Position numbers and translations under genes: made by a program | Part shown: positions 1-9,133 of the stretch, piece by piece | Position numbering within the stretch: position 1 is the first letter of the stretch | Layout of the letters: each line of letters begins with the position of its first letter | From: Candidatus Eiseniibacteriota bacterium | GTDB lineage: Bacteria > Orphanbacterota > Orphanbacteria > Orphanbacterales > Orphanbacteraceae | Direction: 5' to 3' | Assembly (NCBI GenBank): GCA_043809585.1 | Contig: JBDROZ010000073.1 | Location: 1-42,342 of the forward strand | DNA length: 42,342 nt | The notes under the pieces: generated by a model | Database searches by the model: none | What the model was told of the DNA's origin: nothing | What the model saw: the letters and a program-made list of their open reading frames with translations, nothing else

Positions 1-40
1 CCTCCCCGTCGCTGTTCCGCTCTCCCCTCTTCGGTCGGGT

Positions 41-112
41 CGGGGCTCTCTCATGTAGCGGTCCTGATTGGGGGGCGTTGGGACGCTGGTTCAAATCCAG
101 TCGCCCCGACCA
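41..112 (+). pseudogene. Degenerate tRNA-Pro-like sequence / tRNA 3'-end remnant
   Basis: Intact T-arm and 3' acceptor (GCTGG-TTCAAAT-CCAGT-CGCCCCG-ACCA) with a matching 5' CGGGGC at 41, but the D-arm and anticodon stem do not pair. Confidence 0.6.
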
Positions 113-379
113 TCTTGATGTCTCTAAAAGACAGTCGGGACCAAGAGCTGGTTCCCTTCCAAGACATGTCGCCCTTCGATCCACCGCCTCCTTCCGTTCG
201 GCGGCGTTCAGGGCGAACGGTGAGGAGACTCCTCGCCGACCGCTCGTCTGGAATCGCTTTGCGGAAGTCCCAGGAAGCCCGCCCATGAGTCGTTCCACCT
301 CCAAGAGCGAGCTCCTCGGTGACATCATGTCTTTTCCCATCTTCAGAGTCGGGCCAGTGCCGACAGGGGCGGAGCCTCC

Positions 380-1057
380 ATGCGCGTTCTCGTTCTTATC
401 CCGGCCCTGAATCTCGCGGACCGGATCGGTAGTCTGCTCCACTCGCTCCGGACCCTCGCGCCGGAAGCGGAGATCCTCGTCGTCGACGACGGGTCCACGG
501 ACGGCACGGCCGGAGCGGCCCGAGCCGTGGAGGGCGTGCGGGTCCTGGTCCACCCGGAGAACCGGGGGAAGGGGGCGGCCCTCCGGACCGGTTTCGAGGT
601 GGCCCTGCGGGAGAGGTTCGACGCCGTAGTCACCATGGACGGGGACGGCCAGCACCCGCCGAAGTGCGTCCCCGAATTCGTCGGCCATGCCGAGGCGACG
701 GGGGCGGACCTCGTCGTCGGAACCCGGGAAAGACGGGGGACGAGAATGCCGCTCCATCGGCGGATGTCGAACAAGATGAGCACCTGGTTCGCGTCTAAGG
801 CGGCGGGGACGAAACTCCCCGACAGCCAGTCCGGCTACCGCCTCGTCCGCACCCGCGTGATCGAGGCGGTCCCGACCAGAAGCGACCGATACGAGATGGA
901 GACGGAGTTCCTGATCGGCGCCGCCCGCCGGGGGTTCCGGATCGAGGGGATGCCGATCCCCACGGTCTACGCCGACGAGCGGAGCCACATCCACGTCCTC
1001 CGGGACACGGGGCTCTTCCTGAAACTTCTCTGGTCGATGCGGGGGGGGAGGTCGTGA
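380..1057 (+). CDS. Glycosyltransferase family 2 (DPM1-like polyprenol-phosphate glycosyltransferase)
   Basis: IPALN, VVDDGSTDGT, NRGKG, DGDGQH and DSQSGYR motifs. Confidence 0.9.
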   Translation: MRVLVLIPALNLADRIGSLLHSLRTLAPEAEILVVDDGSTDGTAGAARAVEGVRVLVHPENRGKGAALRTGFEVALRERFDAVVTMDGDGQHPPKCVPEFVGHAEATGADLVVGTRERRGTRMPLHRRMSNKMSTWFASKAAGTKLPDSQSGYRLVRTRVIEAVPTRSDRYEMETEFLIGAARRGFRIEGMPIPTVYADERSHIHVLRDTGLFLKLLWSMRGGRS

Positions 1058-1836
1058 AGATGAGGGACCTTCAGGTTCTCGTCACCAACGACGACGGTAT
1101 CGGGGCGGAAGGGATCGCGCTCCTCGCGCGGGTGGCGGGGTCGATCCCGGCCGTCGCGGGCGTCACCGTCGTCGCCCCCGCCACGCAGCAGAGCGCGATG
1201 GGGCACGCCCTCTCGATCCGCGAATCCGTCCGGTTCCGGCGCGTGATGGACGGGTGGATCGCCGTGGCGGGGACGCCGACGGACTGCGTCTTTCTCGCCC
1301 TGAGGGCGGGGGAGCATCTCGGCGTGCCGGTGCCCGACCTGGTGCTCTCCGGAGTCAACCACGGAGCGAACATGGGGGACGACATCACCTACTCGGGCAC
1401 CGTGGCCGCCGCCATGGAGGCGACGCTTCTCGGCGTTCCCGCCATCGCCTTTTCCGTCCCGGGGCGGAAGGAGATCGACTTCGGAGCCGCGGAGCGCTGG
1501 ATCCGTCCCATCGTGGAAAGGATGATCGGCGCCCCCCCGAAGCCGAAGAACTTCTGGAACGTCAACTTCCCGAACCTCCCCGCGGAAGGGGTCGGGGGGA
1601 TCCGGGTCACTCATCTCGGGCGGCACACCTACATCGGCTCCGTGGAGCCCGATCCCGAGCGTGAGGACTCGATCCGGATCGGCGGCGGGAAACTGTCGTG
1701 GGAGATCGATTCGGAATCGGATTTTCACACGGTGCTCGAGGACAGCCTCGTGTCGGTGACGCCGATCCGTCTCGACCTGAACGACTACGAACAGCTCACG
1801 GAGATGCGCCGATGGCGGTGGGAGGAGGACCGATGA
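1054..1836 (+). CDS. surE: 5'/3'-nucleotidase SurE
   Basis: LVTNDDG, GTPTDCV, SGVNHGANMG and YSGTVAAA motifs; overlaps pcm. Confidence 0.95.
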   Translation: MKMRDLQVLVTNDDGIGAEGIALLARVAGSIPAVAGVTVVAPATQQSAMGHALSIRESVRFRRVMDGWIAVAGTPTDCVFLALRAGEHLGVPVPDLVLSGVNHGANMGDDITYSGTVAAAMEATLLGVPAIAFSVPGRKEIDFGAAERWIRPIVERMIGAPPKPKNFWNVNFPNLPAEGVGGIRVTHLGRHTYIGSVEPDPEREDSIRIGGGKLSWEIDSESDFHTVLEDSLVSVTPIRLDLNDYEQLTEMRRWRWEEDR

Positions 1837-2528
1837 ATCCGTACCGCGGAGTCGGGGCGTACCGGTCCTCCCGGGAGCGCATGGTGAAACGGGAGGCGGA
1901 AGAGCGGGGGATCAAGGACCGGGCGGTTCTTCGGTCGATGAGGGAGGTGCCCCGCCACCTCTTCGCGGACGACGCCCTCGCCGGGCAGGCGTACTCGGGG
2001 CACGCCCTGCCGATCGGCTTCGGCCAGACCCTCACCCAGCCGTACATGGTCGCCCGCATGACCGAGGCCTTGGAGGTGGAAGGGGGGAAGCGGGTGCTCG
2101 AGATCGGCACCGGCTCGGGATACCAGGCGGCGGTCCTCGCCCGTCTCGGCTGCGCGGTCTTCACGATCGAGCGGATCCCGGAGCTCGCGCGGCGGGCGCG
2201 CCGCGTTCTCGACGAGATCGGCGCGTCGAATGTTCTCGTGCGCGCGGGGGACGGGTCCCGGGGGTGGAGTGAATACGCGCCGTACGAGAGGATCCTCGTC
2301 ACCGCCGGCGCCGGGGAGATACCCGCGACCCTGCTGGGACAGCTCGCCGACCCCGGCATTCTCGTGACGCCCCTCGGCGAAGAGGAGCAGGACCTCGTTG
2401 TGGTGCGCCGGGAGAACGGCCGGGACCGGACCGAGTCTCTCGGACCATGCCGTTTCGTGCCCCTCCTCCCCGGCACGGCTCAGCCCGGCGGGAACGGGAC
2501 GGAAAGAAAAGGCGGGAACCATGAGTGA
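1833..2528 (+). CDS. pcm: Protein-L-isoaspartate O-methyltransferase
   Basis: GQTLTQPYMVA, VLEIGTGSGYQAA and APYERILVTA motifs; ATGA overlap with surE. Confidence 0.95.
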   Translation: MNPYRGVGAYRSSRERMVKREAEERGIKDRAVLRSMREVPRHLFADDALAGQAYSGHALPIGFGQTLTQPYMVARMTEALEVEGGKRVLEIGTGSGYQAAVLARLGCAVFTIERIPELARRARRVLDEIGASNVLVRAGDGSRGWSEYAPYERILVTAGAGEIPATLLGQLADPGILVTPLGEEEQDLVVVRRENGRDRTESLGPCRFVPLLPGTAQPGGNGTERKGGNHE

Positions 2529-3570
2529 TCGAGCGATTTCGAGGGAGGGCGCCCCCCCCGGGGAGAGCGCTCTCCTCACCCTCCTGAAGGGGGGATTGAT
2601 CGGCGTCGCCAACATCATCCCCGGCGTCTCCGGGGGAACCTTCGCCCTCATCCTCGGCGTCTTCGATCGGCTCGTGGGCGCTCTGAACCGCCTCGGGGCC
2701 GGCACGGTCCGGGTCTTTTTCCGGGCGCTGGTGGCCGGCTTTCGGGGGGAGCGGCGGCGGGAGCTGATGGAGGAGCTTCGGCGCGTGGACGCGGCGTTTC
2801 TCGCGCTCCTCCTCGCCGGGGCCGGCGTCGTGATCCTCGCCTCGTCGTTCCTGATCGACTACCTCCTCCGGGAGCAGTACTCACCGACCCTCGCGTTCTT
2901 CGTCGGCCTGATCCTCCCCTCCGTCGCCGTCCCCTGGGGGATGATGGGGCGGAAGCGGGGCGCGGCCCTCCTCTGGGCGGTCCCGGGGGTGGCCCTCACG
3001 GTGGGCGTCTCGCTCGCCATGCCGGACAAGGGGGCGGGTTCGGAGAACCCCCTCGTCGCGATCGGGACCGGCGCCATCGCCGTGAGCGCCATGATCCTCC
3101 CCGGCATCAGCGGGTCCTTCGTCATGCTCGTCATGGGGCAGTACCAGAATGTGCTCGCCCAACTGACCAGCCTCCAGATCGGCCTCGCCGAGGGGCGGGT
3201 CGAGTGGGGGGCGGGATTGTGGCTCGGGTGCCTGGCGGTGGGCTTCGTCATCGGGCTTCTCGTTTTCGCACGGCTGCTCCGCTTTCTCCTCGTCCGGTTC
3301 CGGTCGGCGACCATGGCGTTCCTGATCGGACTCCTCGCCGGGAGCCTCTGGGTGCTCTGGCCCTTCAAGGAGATCGGGGCCGGAGCGGAAGTGACCGACC
3401 ATTCGGGGGAGGTGAAGGAGGAGGTGCGGATCGCCACCGCGCCCAACCGCCTCCCCGAGAATGTCCGGGAGACCGCCGTCCCCCTCGCCGCCCTCGCCGC
3501 AGGCCTCGTCGGCTCGGCGGGCATGATCCGTCTTGGGGGCAAGAGGGGAGGAAAGGGCGACACCGAGTGA
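2521..3570 (+). CDS. DUF368 family membrane protein (undecaprenyl-phosphate translocase family)
   Basis: Duplicated motif ANIIPGVSGGT / AMILPGISGS and many TM helices. Confidence 0.9.
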   Translation: MSDRAISREGAPPGESALLTLLKGGLIGVANIIPGVSGGTFALILGVFDRLVGALNRLGAGTVRVFFRALVAGFRGERRRELMEELRRVDAAFLALLLAGAGVVILASSFLIDYLLREQYSPTLAFFVGLILPSVAVPWGMMGRKRGAALLWAVPGVALTVGVSLAMPDKGAGSENPLVAIGTGAIAVSAMILPGISGSFVMLVMGQYQNVLAQLTSLQIGLAEGRVEWGAGLWLGCLAVGFVIGLLVFARLLRFLLVRFRSATMAFLIGLLAGSLWVLWPFKEIGAGAEVTDHSGEVKEEVRIATAPNRLPENVRETAVPLAALAAGLVGSAGMIRLGGKRGGKGDTE

Positions 3571-3661
3571 GTCGAAAAAAAACGGTTCGGGGCTTTCCCC
3601 TCGGCATCGGAGCCCGTATAATCCAGGTCGGTCGGGTGGGGCTCGATTCCCGCGCCCGGAT

Positions 3662-4058
3662 GCGGATCGGCAGAGAGCTTGTAGTAGAATCTGGAAGTAC
3701 TCTTCCGCAACGTGAACTATGATTTCGAGGTCGGGGCGTAGCGCAGTCAGGTAGCTGGATCCGACTCGTGCGACCGAATTCTACTCCGGCTCGGGATCGC
3801 GGGCTACGAGGCCCCTTCTCCATCGCCGCTTGCTCGCCGTAGCTATGGCTACGACTCCGCGAGCGGCTCGTCCGAAAGGACCTCTCGCCGCGCTCCCCCG
3901 GGAGCCTCGTGGCGAATCCGTTCGCGCTCGGCGGATCGGGAGAGAATCTGTAGTAGAATCTGGAAGTACTCTTCCGCAACGTGATCTATGATTCTCGAGG
4001 TCGGGGCGTAGCGCAGTCAGGTAGCGCACCTGCTTCGGGAGCAGGGAGTCGGAGGTTC
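3662..4058 (+). repeat. Direct duplication of a putative tRNA promoter plus tRNA-Pro 5' fragment (copies at about 3662-3755 and 3931-4058)
   Basis: Near-identical ~94 bp block TGTAGTAGAATCTGGAAGTACTCTTCCGCAACGTGA..TATGAT..CGAGGTCGGGGCGTAGCGCAGTCAGGTAGC occurs twice; tRNA match is 24 nt (3732-3755) and 57 nt (4002-4058). Confidence 0.9.
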
Positions 4059-4249
4059 CGATCTTGCAGTCGCCGCCCGAAGGGCGGCTGAGAGGATCCG
4101 TGCCGCGAAGGCGGCCGTTCCGGCGGAACCGGAGGAAGCGCGAAGCGCGGCCTCCAGCTACAATGAGGTTCGTCCGGCCGAAGGCCGGGAAATCCTCTCG
4201 TTTCCGATCGCCGGTCAGGCGGAGGATTGTCCGAGCGAATGTTCGAGGT

Positions 4250-4326
<77 letters not shown>

Positions 4327-4367
4327 TTTTTGAATCGCCCGATGACGGGAAGGGCCAAGAGGAGGTT

Positions 4368-4543
4368 CCGTTCCTACAGGTGCCGCCCGAAGGGCGGCTG
4401 AGAGGATTCGTGCCGACGAAGTCGGCCGTTCCTACAGATGCCGTCCGAAGGGCGGCTGAGAGGATTCGTGCCGCGAAGGCGGCCGTTCCTACAGGTGCCG
4501 CCCGAAGGGCGGCTGGGATCGTTTCGTCCGGCCGAAGGCCGGG
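4368..4543. repeat. Tandem 57-58 bp REP-like palindromic repeats (about 2.5 units; another copy at about 4067-4121)
   Basis: Unit CCGTTCCTACAGGTGCCGCCCGAAGGGCGGCTGAGAGGATTCGTGCCG(A)CGAAG.CGG starts at 4368, 4426 and 4483; each full unit has two GAA-capped hairpins; minus strand reads GTAGGAACGG. Confidence 0.85.
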
Positions 4544-4666
4544 AAATCCTCTCGCCCCGACCATTTCTTCATCCGCGCACGCAGCGAATCCGGGCCGCTT
4601 CGGGCGGCCCTTCTCGTCGAACGGGTCTTTCTCCTTCCGATCCTCGATCTCCCAAAGGGAAGGGGC

Positions 4667-4948
4667 ATGAGCGAGAACGTCCGAATTCGAGTATTCGTCC
4701 GGGGCGGCGTGCAGGGGGTGAGCTTCCGGTATTTCACCCGTCGGGCGGCTTCGAATCTCGGCCTATCCGGCTGGGTGCGCAACCTGCCCGACGGGGGGGT
4801 CGAGCTCGAAGCGCAGGGGCCGAGGAAGGACGTGGAAAGTCTGCTCGAGGAAGTGCGCACTGGGCCCCCCGCGGCCGAGGTGGAGGGCACGGATGTCGAA
4901 CCGATCCCTCTCCAAGACGGGGAAAGCGGATTCGGCATCCGGTACTGA
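4667..4948 (+). CDS. acyP: Acylphosphatase
   Basis: GGVQGVSFR and GWVRNLPDGGVE motifs. Confidence 0.93.
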   Translation: MSENVRIRVFVRGGVQGVSFRYFTRRAASNLGLSGWVRNLPDGGVELEAQGPRKDVESLLEEVRTGPPAAEVEGTDVEPIPLQDGESGFGIRY

Positions 4949-4951
4949 GCC

Positions 4952-6001
4952 ATGAAGAAGAAGCCGATCGACAAAGGGCGGCTGGCCGATCTTTCCGAAG
5001 AGAGCCGGAAGCTCCTCCGCAAGGGGGCGGCGCGGGGGCACATCCTCTCGGAGGAAGTGGACGACCTCGCTTCCTCCGGCCGGATCGAGGAGGAGGAACT
5101 GGAGACCTTCCTCGAAGCCGCCGAATCGCTCGCCCTTCCGATCGAGGACGCCGAAGAGGTCCGGGACCGGGGCGACTACGAAGGCGCGGCCACCGAACCC
5201 CTCCGCCTCTATCTCGACGAGATCGGCAGGATCCCGCGGCTCACCCCCGAGGAGGAGGTCGAGTACTCCGCGCGCATTCACGCGGGGGACGAGGAGGCGA
5301 GGAAGGGGATGATCCTCGCCAACCTCCGCCTGGTGATCACCATCGCGCGCCACTACTGGAGCCGGGGGATGTCGTTCCTCGACCTGATCGAGGAGGGGAA
5401 CCTCGGCCTGATCCGGGCGGTGGACAAGTACGAAGGTTCGAGAGGGTACCGGTTCAGCACCTACGGGGCGTGGTGGATCCGCCAGGCCATCTCCCGGGCG
5501 ATCGCGAACCGGGGCCGCGTGATCCGTATTCCGATCTACGTGATCCAGCTGGTCGGGCGGTACGAGCACGCCCGGCGGCGGCTCCGGAACGAGACGGGGA
5601 ACGATCCCACGCCGGCGGATGTGGCGGCGGCCCTCGAGATTCCGGAGAAGAAGGCGTTCATGGTCTCGAGGCTGATCGAGAGCATCCGCGCCCTCGACTC
5701 GGTGGCGAGCGTGGAAGTGATGCAGCGCATCGTGAGCCAGGTGCCGGACCGCCAGGACCCGACGGCCTACGACCTCGTCGATCTCCAGATCGAACATGAG
5801 AGGCTCGACCGCCTTCTTCGCCGGCTCACGTCGAAGGAGGAGTCAATCCTCCGGATCCGATTCGGGTTCGACGACGGCAACCCGAAATCCCTCGCCGAGA
5901 CGGGGGACGCCTTCGGCCTCAGCCGGGAGCGGATCCGCCAGATCGAAGGCCGGGCCCTCGAGAAGCTCCGCCGCCTCCTCGAAATCACGCCGGAGGCCTG
6001 A
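4952..6001 (+). CDS. RNA polymerase sigma factor, RpoD/RpoS family (RpoS-like by context)
   Basis: Region 1.2 LRLYLDEIG, region 2 ANLRLV..DLIEEGNLGL..FSTYGAWWIRQAI, region 4 SRERIRQIE; downstream of surE-pcm. Confidence 0.9.
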   Translation: MKKKPIDKGRLADLSEESRKLLRKGAARGHILSEEVDDLASSGRIEEEELETFLEAAESLALPIEDAEEVRDRGDYEGAATEPLRLYLDEIGRIPRLTPEEEVEYSARIHAGDEEARKGMILANLRLVITIARHYWSRGMSFLDLIEEGNLGLIRAVDKYEGSRGYRFSTYGAWWIRQAISRAIANRGRVIRIPIYVIQLVGRYEHARRRLRNETGNDPTPADVAAALEIPEKKAFMVSRLIESIRALDSVASVEVMQRIVSQVPDRQDPTAYDLVDLQIEHERLDRLLRRLTSKEESILRIRFGFDDGNPKSLAETGDAFGLSRERIRQIEGRALEKLRRLLEITPEA

Positions 6002-6057
6002 CGTGGACGACGAACCTTCGCGGTGATACTCTGGCACGCGGATAGGGAGGTCCGGTC

Positions 6058-6579
6058 ATGGATCTGAAGTCGCGCATCCGGGAGGTCCCCGACTTTCCGA
6101 AGAAGGGGATCGTCTTCAAGGACATCACGACCCTTCTCGCCGACCCGTCCGCCTTCGGGGCGGCGGTGGAGAGGATGGAGGAGGTGCTCCACGGGAGGCG
6201 GGTGGACAAGATCGTCTGCGTCGAGGCCCGGGGATTCCTCTTCGGGGCGCCCCTCGCGCTCCGCCTCGGCGCCGGACTCGTCCCCGTCCGGAAACCGGGC
6301 AAGCTCCCGGCCGAAACGATCCGGGAGGAGTACACCCTCGAGTACGGCACCGACTCGGTCGAGATGCACCGGGACGCGATCAGGAGCGGCGACCATGTCG
6401 TCCTGGTCGACGACCTCCTCGCCACCGGCGGCACCGCCGCCGCCGCGGCCCGCCTCGTCGAACGGGCGGGCGGCACCGTCGAGTGTCTCCTCTTCCTCAT
6501 CGAGCTTTCCTTCCTAAGCGGGAGACGGCTCCTCGGGGGGAGGGAGATTCTGTCGCTGATCGAGTACGGGGGGGAGTAG
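6058..6579 (+). CDS. apt: Adenine phosphoribosyltransferase
   Basis: PDFPKKGIVFKDIT, EARGF, LEYG and VDDLLATGGT motifs. Confidence 0.96.
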   Translation: MDLKSRIREVPDFPKKGIVFKDITTLLADPSAFGAAVERMEEVLHGRRVDKIVCVEARGFLFGAPLALRLGAGLVPVRKPGKLPAETIREEYTLEYGTDSVEMHRDAIRSGDHVVLVDDLLATGGTAAAAARLVERAGGTVECLLFLIELSFLSGRRLLGGREILSLIEYGGE

Positions 6580-6590
6580 GGGGGGAGGGA

Positions 6591-6758
6591 TTGAACGTCC
6601 TCGGTCTGATCGGCAGCCCGCGCAAGGATCGAAACAAGAACCTCCTGATCGATACCCTCGGCAGGAAGCCGCAGCCCATCCCCCGGCCGATACCCGCCTG
6701 TGCTACACTCTTCGTCGCTCATGTGCCCTCCGGGGCGAAAGGGGTATACAATACTTAG
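6591..6758 (+). pseudogene. N-terminal remnant of a flavodoxin / NADPH-dependent FMN reductase
   Basis: TTG start after a G-rich RBS gives MNVLGLIGSPRKDRNKNLLID, matching the GSPRxxxN FMN loop; similarity is lost after about 25 codons. Confidence 0.55.
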
Positions 6759-6803
6759 CGATTCTCGCAGAAACGAACGGACATTGACGGCGTAAGTCCT
6801 TAC

Positions 6804-6877
6804 GCCCCCGTAGCTCAGTTAGGATAGAGCGCCGGTTTCCTAAACCGGGTGCCCAAGTTCGAGTCTTGGCGGGGGCA
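6804..6877 (+). tRNA. tRNA-Arg(CCT)
   Basis: GCCCCCG/CGGGGGC acceptor, CCGGT-TTCCTAA-ACCGG anticodon arm, TTCGAGT T-loop; CCA not encoded. Confidence 0.93.
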
Positions 6878-6903
6878 TTTTCAATCGGTTGGGAGGGCAT
6901 GGA

Positions 6904-7278
6904 TTGAATCTGAAGCGGCGGGAAGAGCGGGGCGTGGTGATCCTCGACCTGGAGGGGAAGATCCTGGGCGGGGAGGACTCGGAGGCGCTCCGCCGGGAGT
7001 TCGAGAGGGCGATCGGGGCGAGGACGCCCCGGGTGCTGGTCAACCTGGCGGAGGTTCCCTGGCTGAACAGCTCGGGACTCGGCGTGCTCCTCTCAGGGTA
7101 TCTTCGTCTCCTCGAGAAGGGGGGGACGGTGAAGTTCGTGAACGTGCAGGAACGGGTCCGAGGCATCCTGATCACCACCAAGCTCGTCCATGTCCTCGAG
7201 GTGTTCGACGATGAAAAGGAGGCCATCGACAGCTTCGTCCCGGATGGATTCGGAGCCGCCGATACTCCGAGACCGTAG
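6904..7278 (+). CDS. STAS-domain anti-sigma factor antagonist (RsbV/SpoIIAA family)
   Basis: VILDLEGKI..VNLAEVPWLNSSGLGVL with phosphoacceptor Ser; TTG start after GGAGGG. Confidence 0.9.
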   Translation: MNLKRREERGVVILDLEGKILGGEDSEALRREFERAIGARTPRVLVNLAEVPWLNSSGLGVLLSGYLRLLEKGGTVKFVNVQERVRGILITTKLVHVLEVFDDEKEAIDSFVPDGFGAADTPRP

Positions 7279-7495
7279 CCGGATCGTGATCGGCCTGATC
7301 CGGGTCGCTCTTCTGCTCTCCGGGGCGGTCATGCTCGGGTACGCTCTTCGCGTCTACTTCGCCGGGATTCACGCCCGCCTCCCCGCGGGGTCCTTCCGGA
7401 TTCTCTTTCCCGCCCTCTTCGCCGCCGCTCTCATCGGGTTCCTCTTCGGGGCGATCCGCGAGATCGGCCGGATTCGCCGGGAATGGACCCGATGA
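7244..7495 (+). CDS. Small two-TM membrane protein, hypothetical
   Basis: Two hydrophobic segments, native codon usage, overlaps the STAS gene end. Confidence 0.6.
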   Translation: MDSEPPILRDRSRIVIGLIRVALLLSGAVMLGYALRVYFAGIHARLPAGSFRILFPALFAAALIGFLFGAIREIGRIRREWTR

Positions 7496-7599
7496 CGGGA
7501 TGGGGGGGACCCGGCCGGGGAACGATGCCCGGTGATCCGCCCGGGCACGGACCGGAGGGGGGCGCTGGAGGGGGGCCGCCGGCCGGCCTATCATCGGCA

Positions 7600-7750
7600 G
7601 GAAGACCGTTTCTCCCCGACCCGGGGATGGACGATGGCCTCACCGGTCGGGGCGGCGACCTTCCCGGAGGACGGGGAGGCCCCGCTCGGCACCGCCGACG
7701 AGGCGGTCCGCCGGGCGAGAGGGAAGAGAGGGGGCGCCGCGACGGCGTGA
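7600..7750 (+). pseudogene. C-terminal remnant of a GGDEF domain
   Basis: SPVGAATFPEDGEAPLGTADEAVRRAR resembles the GGDEF terminus SxGxAxFPxDG....AD.A.Y.AK; no GGDEF motif present. Confidence 0.5.
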
Positions 7751-7808
7751 CGCCCGACCGTACGGACTCACCCGGGGCCCGCCCGCGCGGTCCCCTTCGG
7801 GACGGCCC

Positions 7809-9104
7809 ATGACACTCAAAGAGAAGCTCGAAAAAAGATCGGCCAAGGTCGGCGTCATCGGTCTCGGTTACGTGGGGCTCCCGCTCGCGGTGGAATTCGC
7901 GAAGGCCGGGTTCGACGTGACCGGCATCGACCTGAACGAAGAGAAGGTTCGCCTCCTGAACGAGGGCGTCTCGTACGTGCAGGACGTCTCGGAAGGCGAA
8001 CTCCGGGAGGCCGTGAAGTCAGGAAGGCTCCGGGGCGTGACCGGCTTCGACGCCATCGGGGGGCTCGACAGCATCAGCATCTGCGTGCCCACGCCGCTCA
8101 GCAAGACGGGCGACCCCGACATCTCCCACATCCACGCGGTGGTGCAGGAGATCCAGGCGCGGATGAAGCCGGACAAACTGGTGATCCTGGACAGCACCAC
8201 CTACCCCGGCACGACGGACGAGGTGATCCTCCCGATGCTCTCCCAGGAGGGCCTCCGGGTGGGCGTCGATTTCTATCTCGCCTTCTCCCCCGAGCGGGTC
8301 GACCCGGGGAACCCCGTCTACAAGACGAAGAACATTCCCAAGGTGGTCGGCGGCGTGACGGCGGCGTGCACCGAACACGCCATGCTTCTTTACGGCGCCT
8401 GCATGGACCGGCTCGTACCGGTCTCGTCCACCATGGTGGCCGAGATGGTCAAGCTCCTGGAGAATACATTCCGGAGCGTGAACATCGGCCTCGTGAACGA
8501 GATCGCCCTCATGAGCCACGCCCTCGGCATCAATGTGTGGGAAGTGATCGACGCGGCGGCCACGAAGCCCTTCGGTTTCATGCCCTTCTATCCCGGGCCG
8601 GGTCTCGGCGGGCACTGCATCCCGATCGACCCGTTCTACCTCTCCTGGAGGGCCCGCCAGTACGGCTTCGAAGCCCGCTTCATCGAACTCGCCGGACAGA
8701 TCAACGGCTACATGCCGAACTTCGTCGTCTCCCGGATCGCCGACGCCCTGAACGACCGGGTGAAGAGCATCCGGGGCTCGCGCATCCTCGCCCTGGGTGT
8801 CGCCTATAAGGCGAACACGAACGACATCCGGGAGTCCCCCGCCCTCGACGTGATCGACCTCCTCCTCAAGAGGGGGGCGATCGTGGAGGCGTGCGATTCC
8901 CACCTTCGGCTGGAGGACGTCGAGACCGTCGGCTGTCCCCTCCGGGAACTGACGGCGGAGACCCTCCGGGAGGCGGACCTGGTGGTCATCCTCACGAACC
9001 ACGAGGACTTCGACTACGAGATGATCCTCAAGGAAAGCGCCGATATTGTCGATACGAGGAATGCGTTGAAAGGCTTCACATCCAAGAAGATACACCTCCT
9101 CTAG
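7809..9104 (+). CDS. UDP-N-acetyl-hexosamine 6-dehydrogenase (UDP-glucose/GDP-mannose dehydrogenase family, WbpA-like)
   Basis: GLGYVGLP, ICVPTP, STTYPGTT, FSPER, KLLEN and GGHCIPIDP motifs. Confidence 0.93.
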   Translation: MTLKEKLEKRSAKVGVIGLGYVGLPLAVEFAKAGFDVTGIDLNEEKVRLLNEGVSYVQDVSEGELREAVKSGRLRGVTGFDAIGGLDSISICVPTPLSKTGDPDISHIHAVVQEIQARMKPDKLVILDSTTYPGTTDEVILPMLSQEGLRVGVDFYLAFSPERVDPGNPVYKTKNIPKVVGGVTAACTEHAMLLYGACMDRLVPVSSTMVAEMVKLLENTFRSVNIGLVNEIALMSHALGINVWEVIDAAATKPFGFMPFYPGPGLGGHCIPIDPFYLSWRARQYGFEARFIELAGQINGYMPNFVVSRIADALNDRVKSIRGSRILALGVAYKANTNDIRESPALDVIDLLLKRGAIVEACDSHLRLEDVETVGCPLRELTAETLREADLVVILTNHEDFDYEMILKESADIVDTRNALKGFTSKKIHLL

Positions 9105-9133
9105 GGCTCCCTGCCCCGGGGGACGGAGAGACC

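Noticed and set aside
4368-4543. CRISPR array
   Set aside because: Units are contiguous near-identical repeats with no unique spacers, and no cas genes are present
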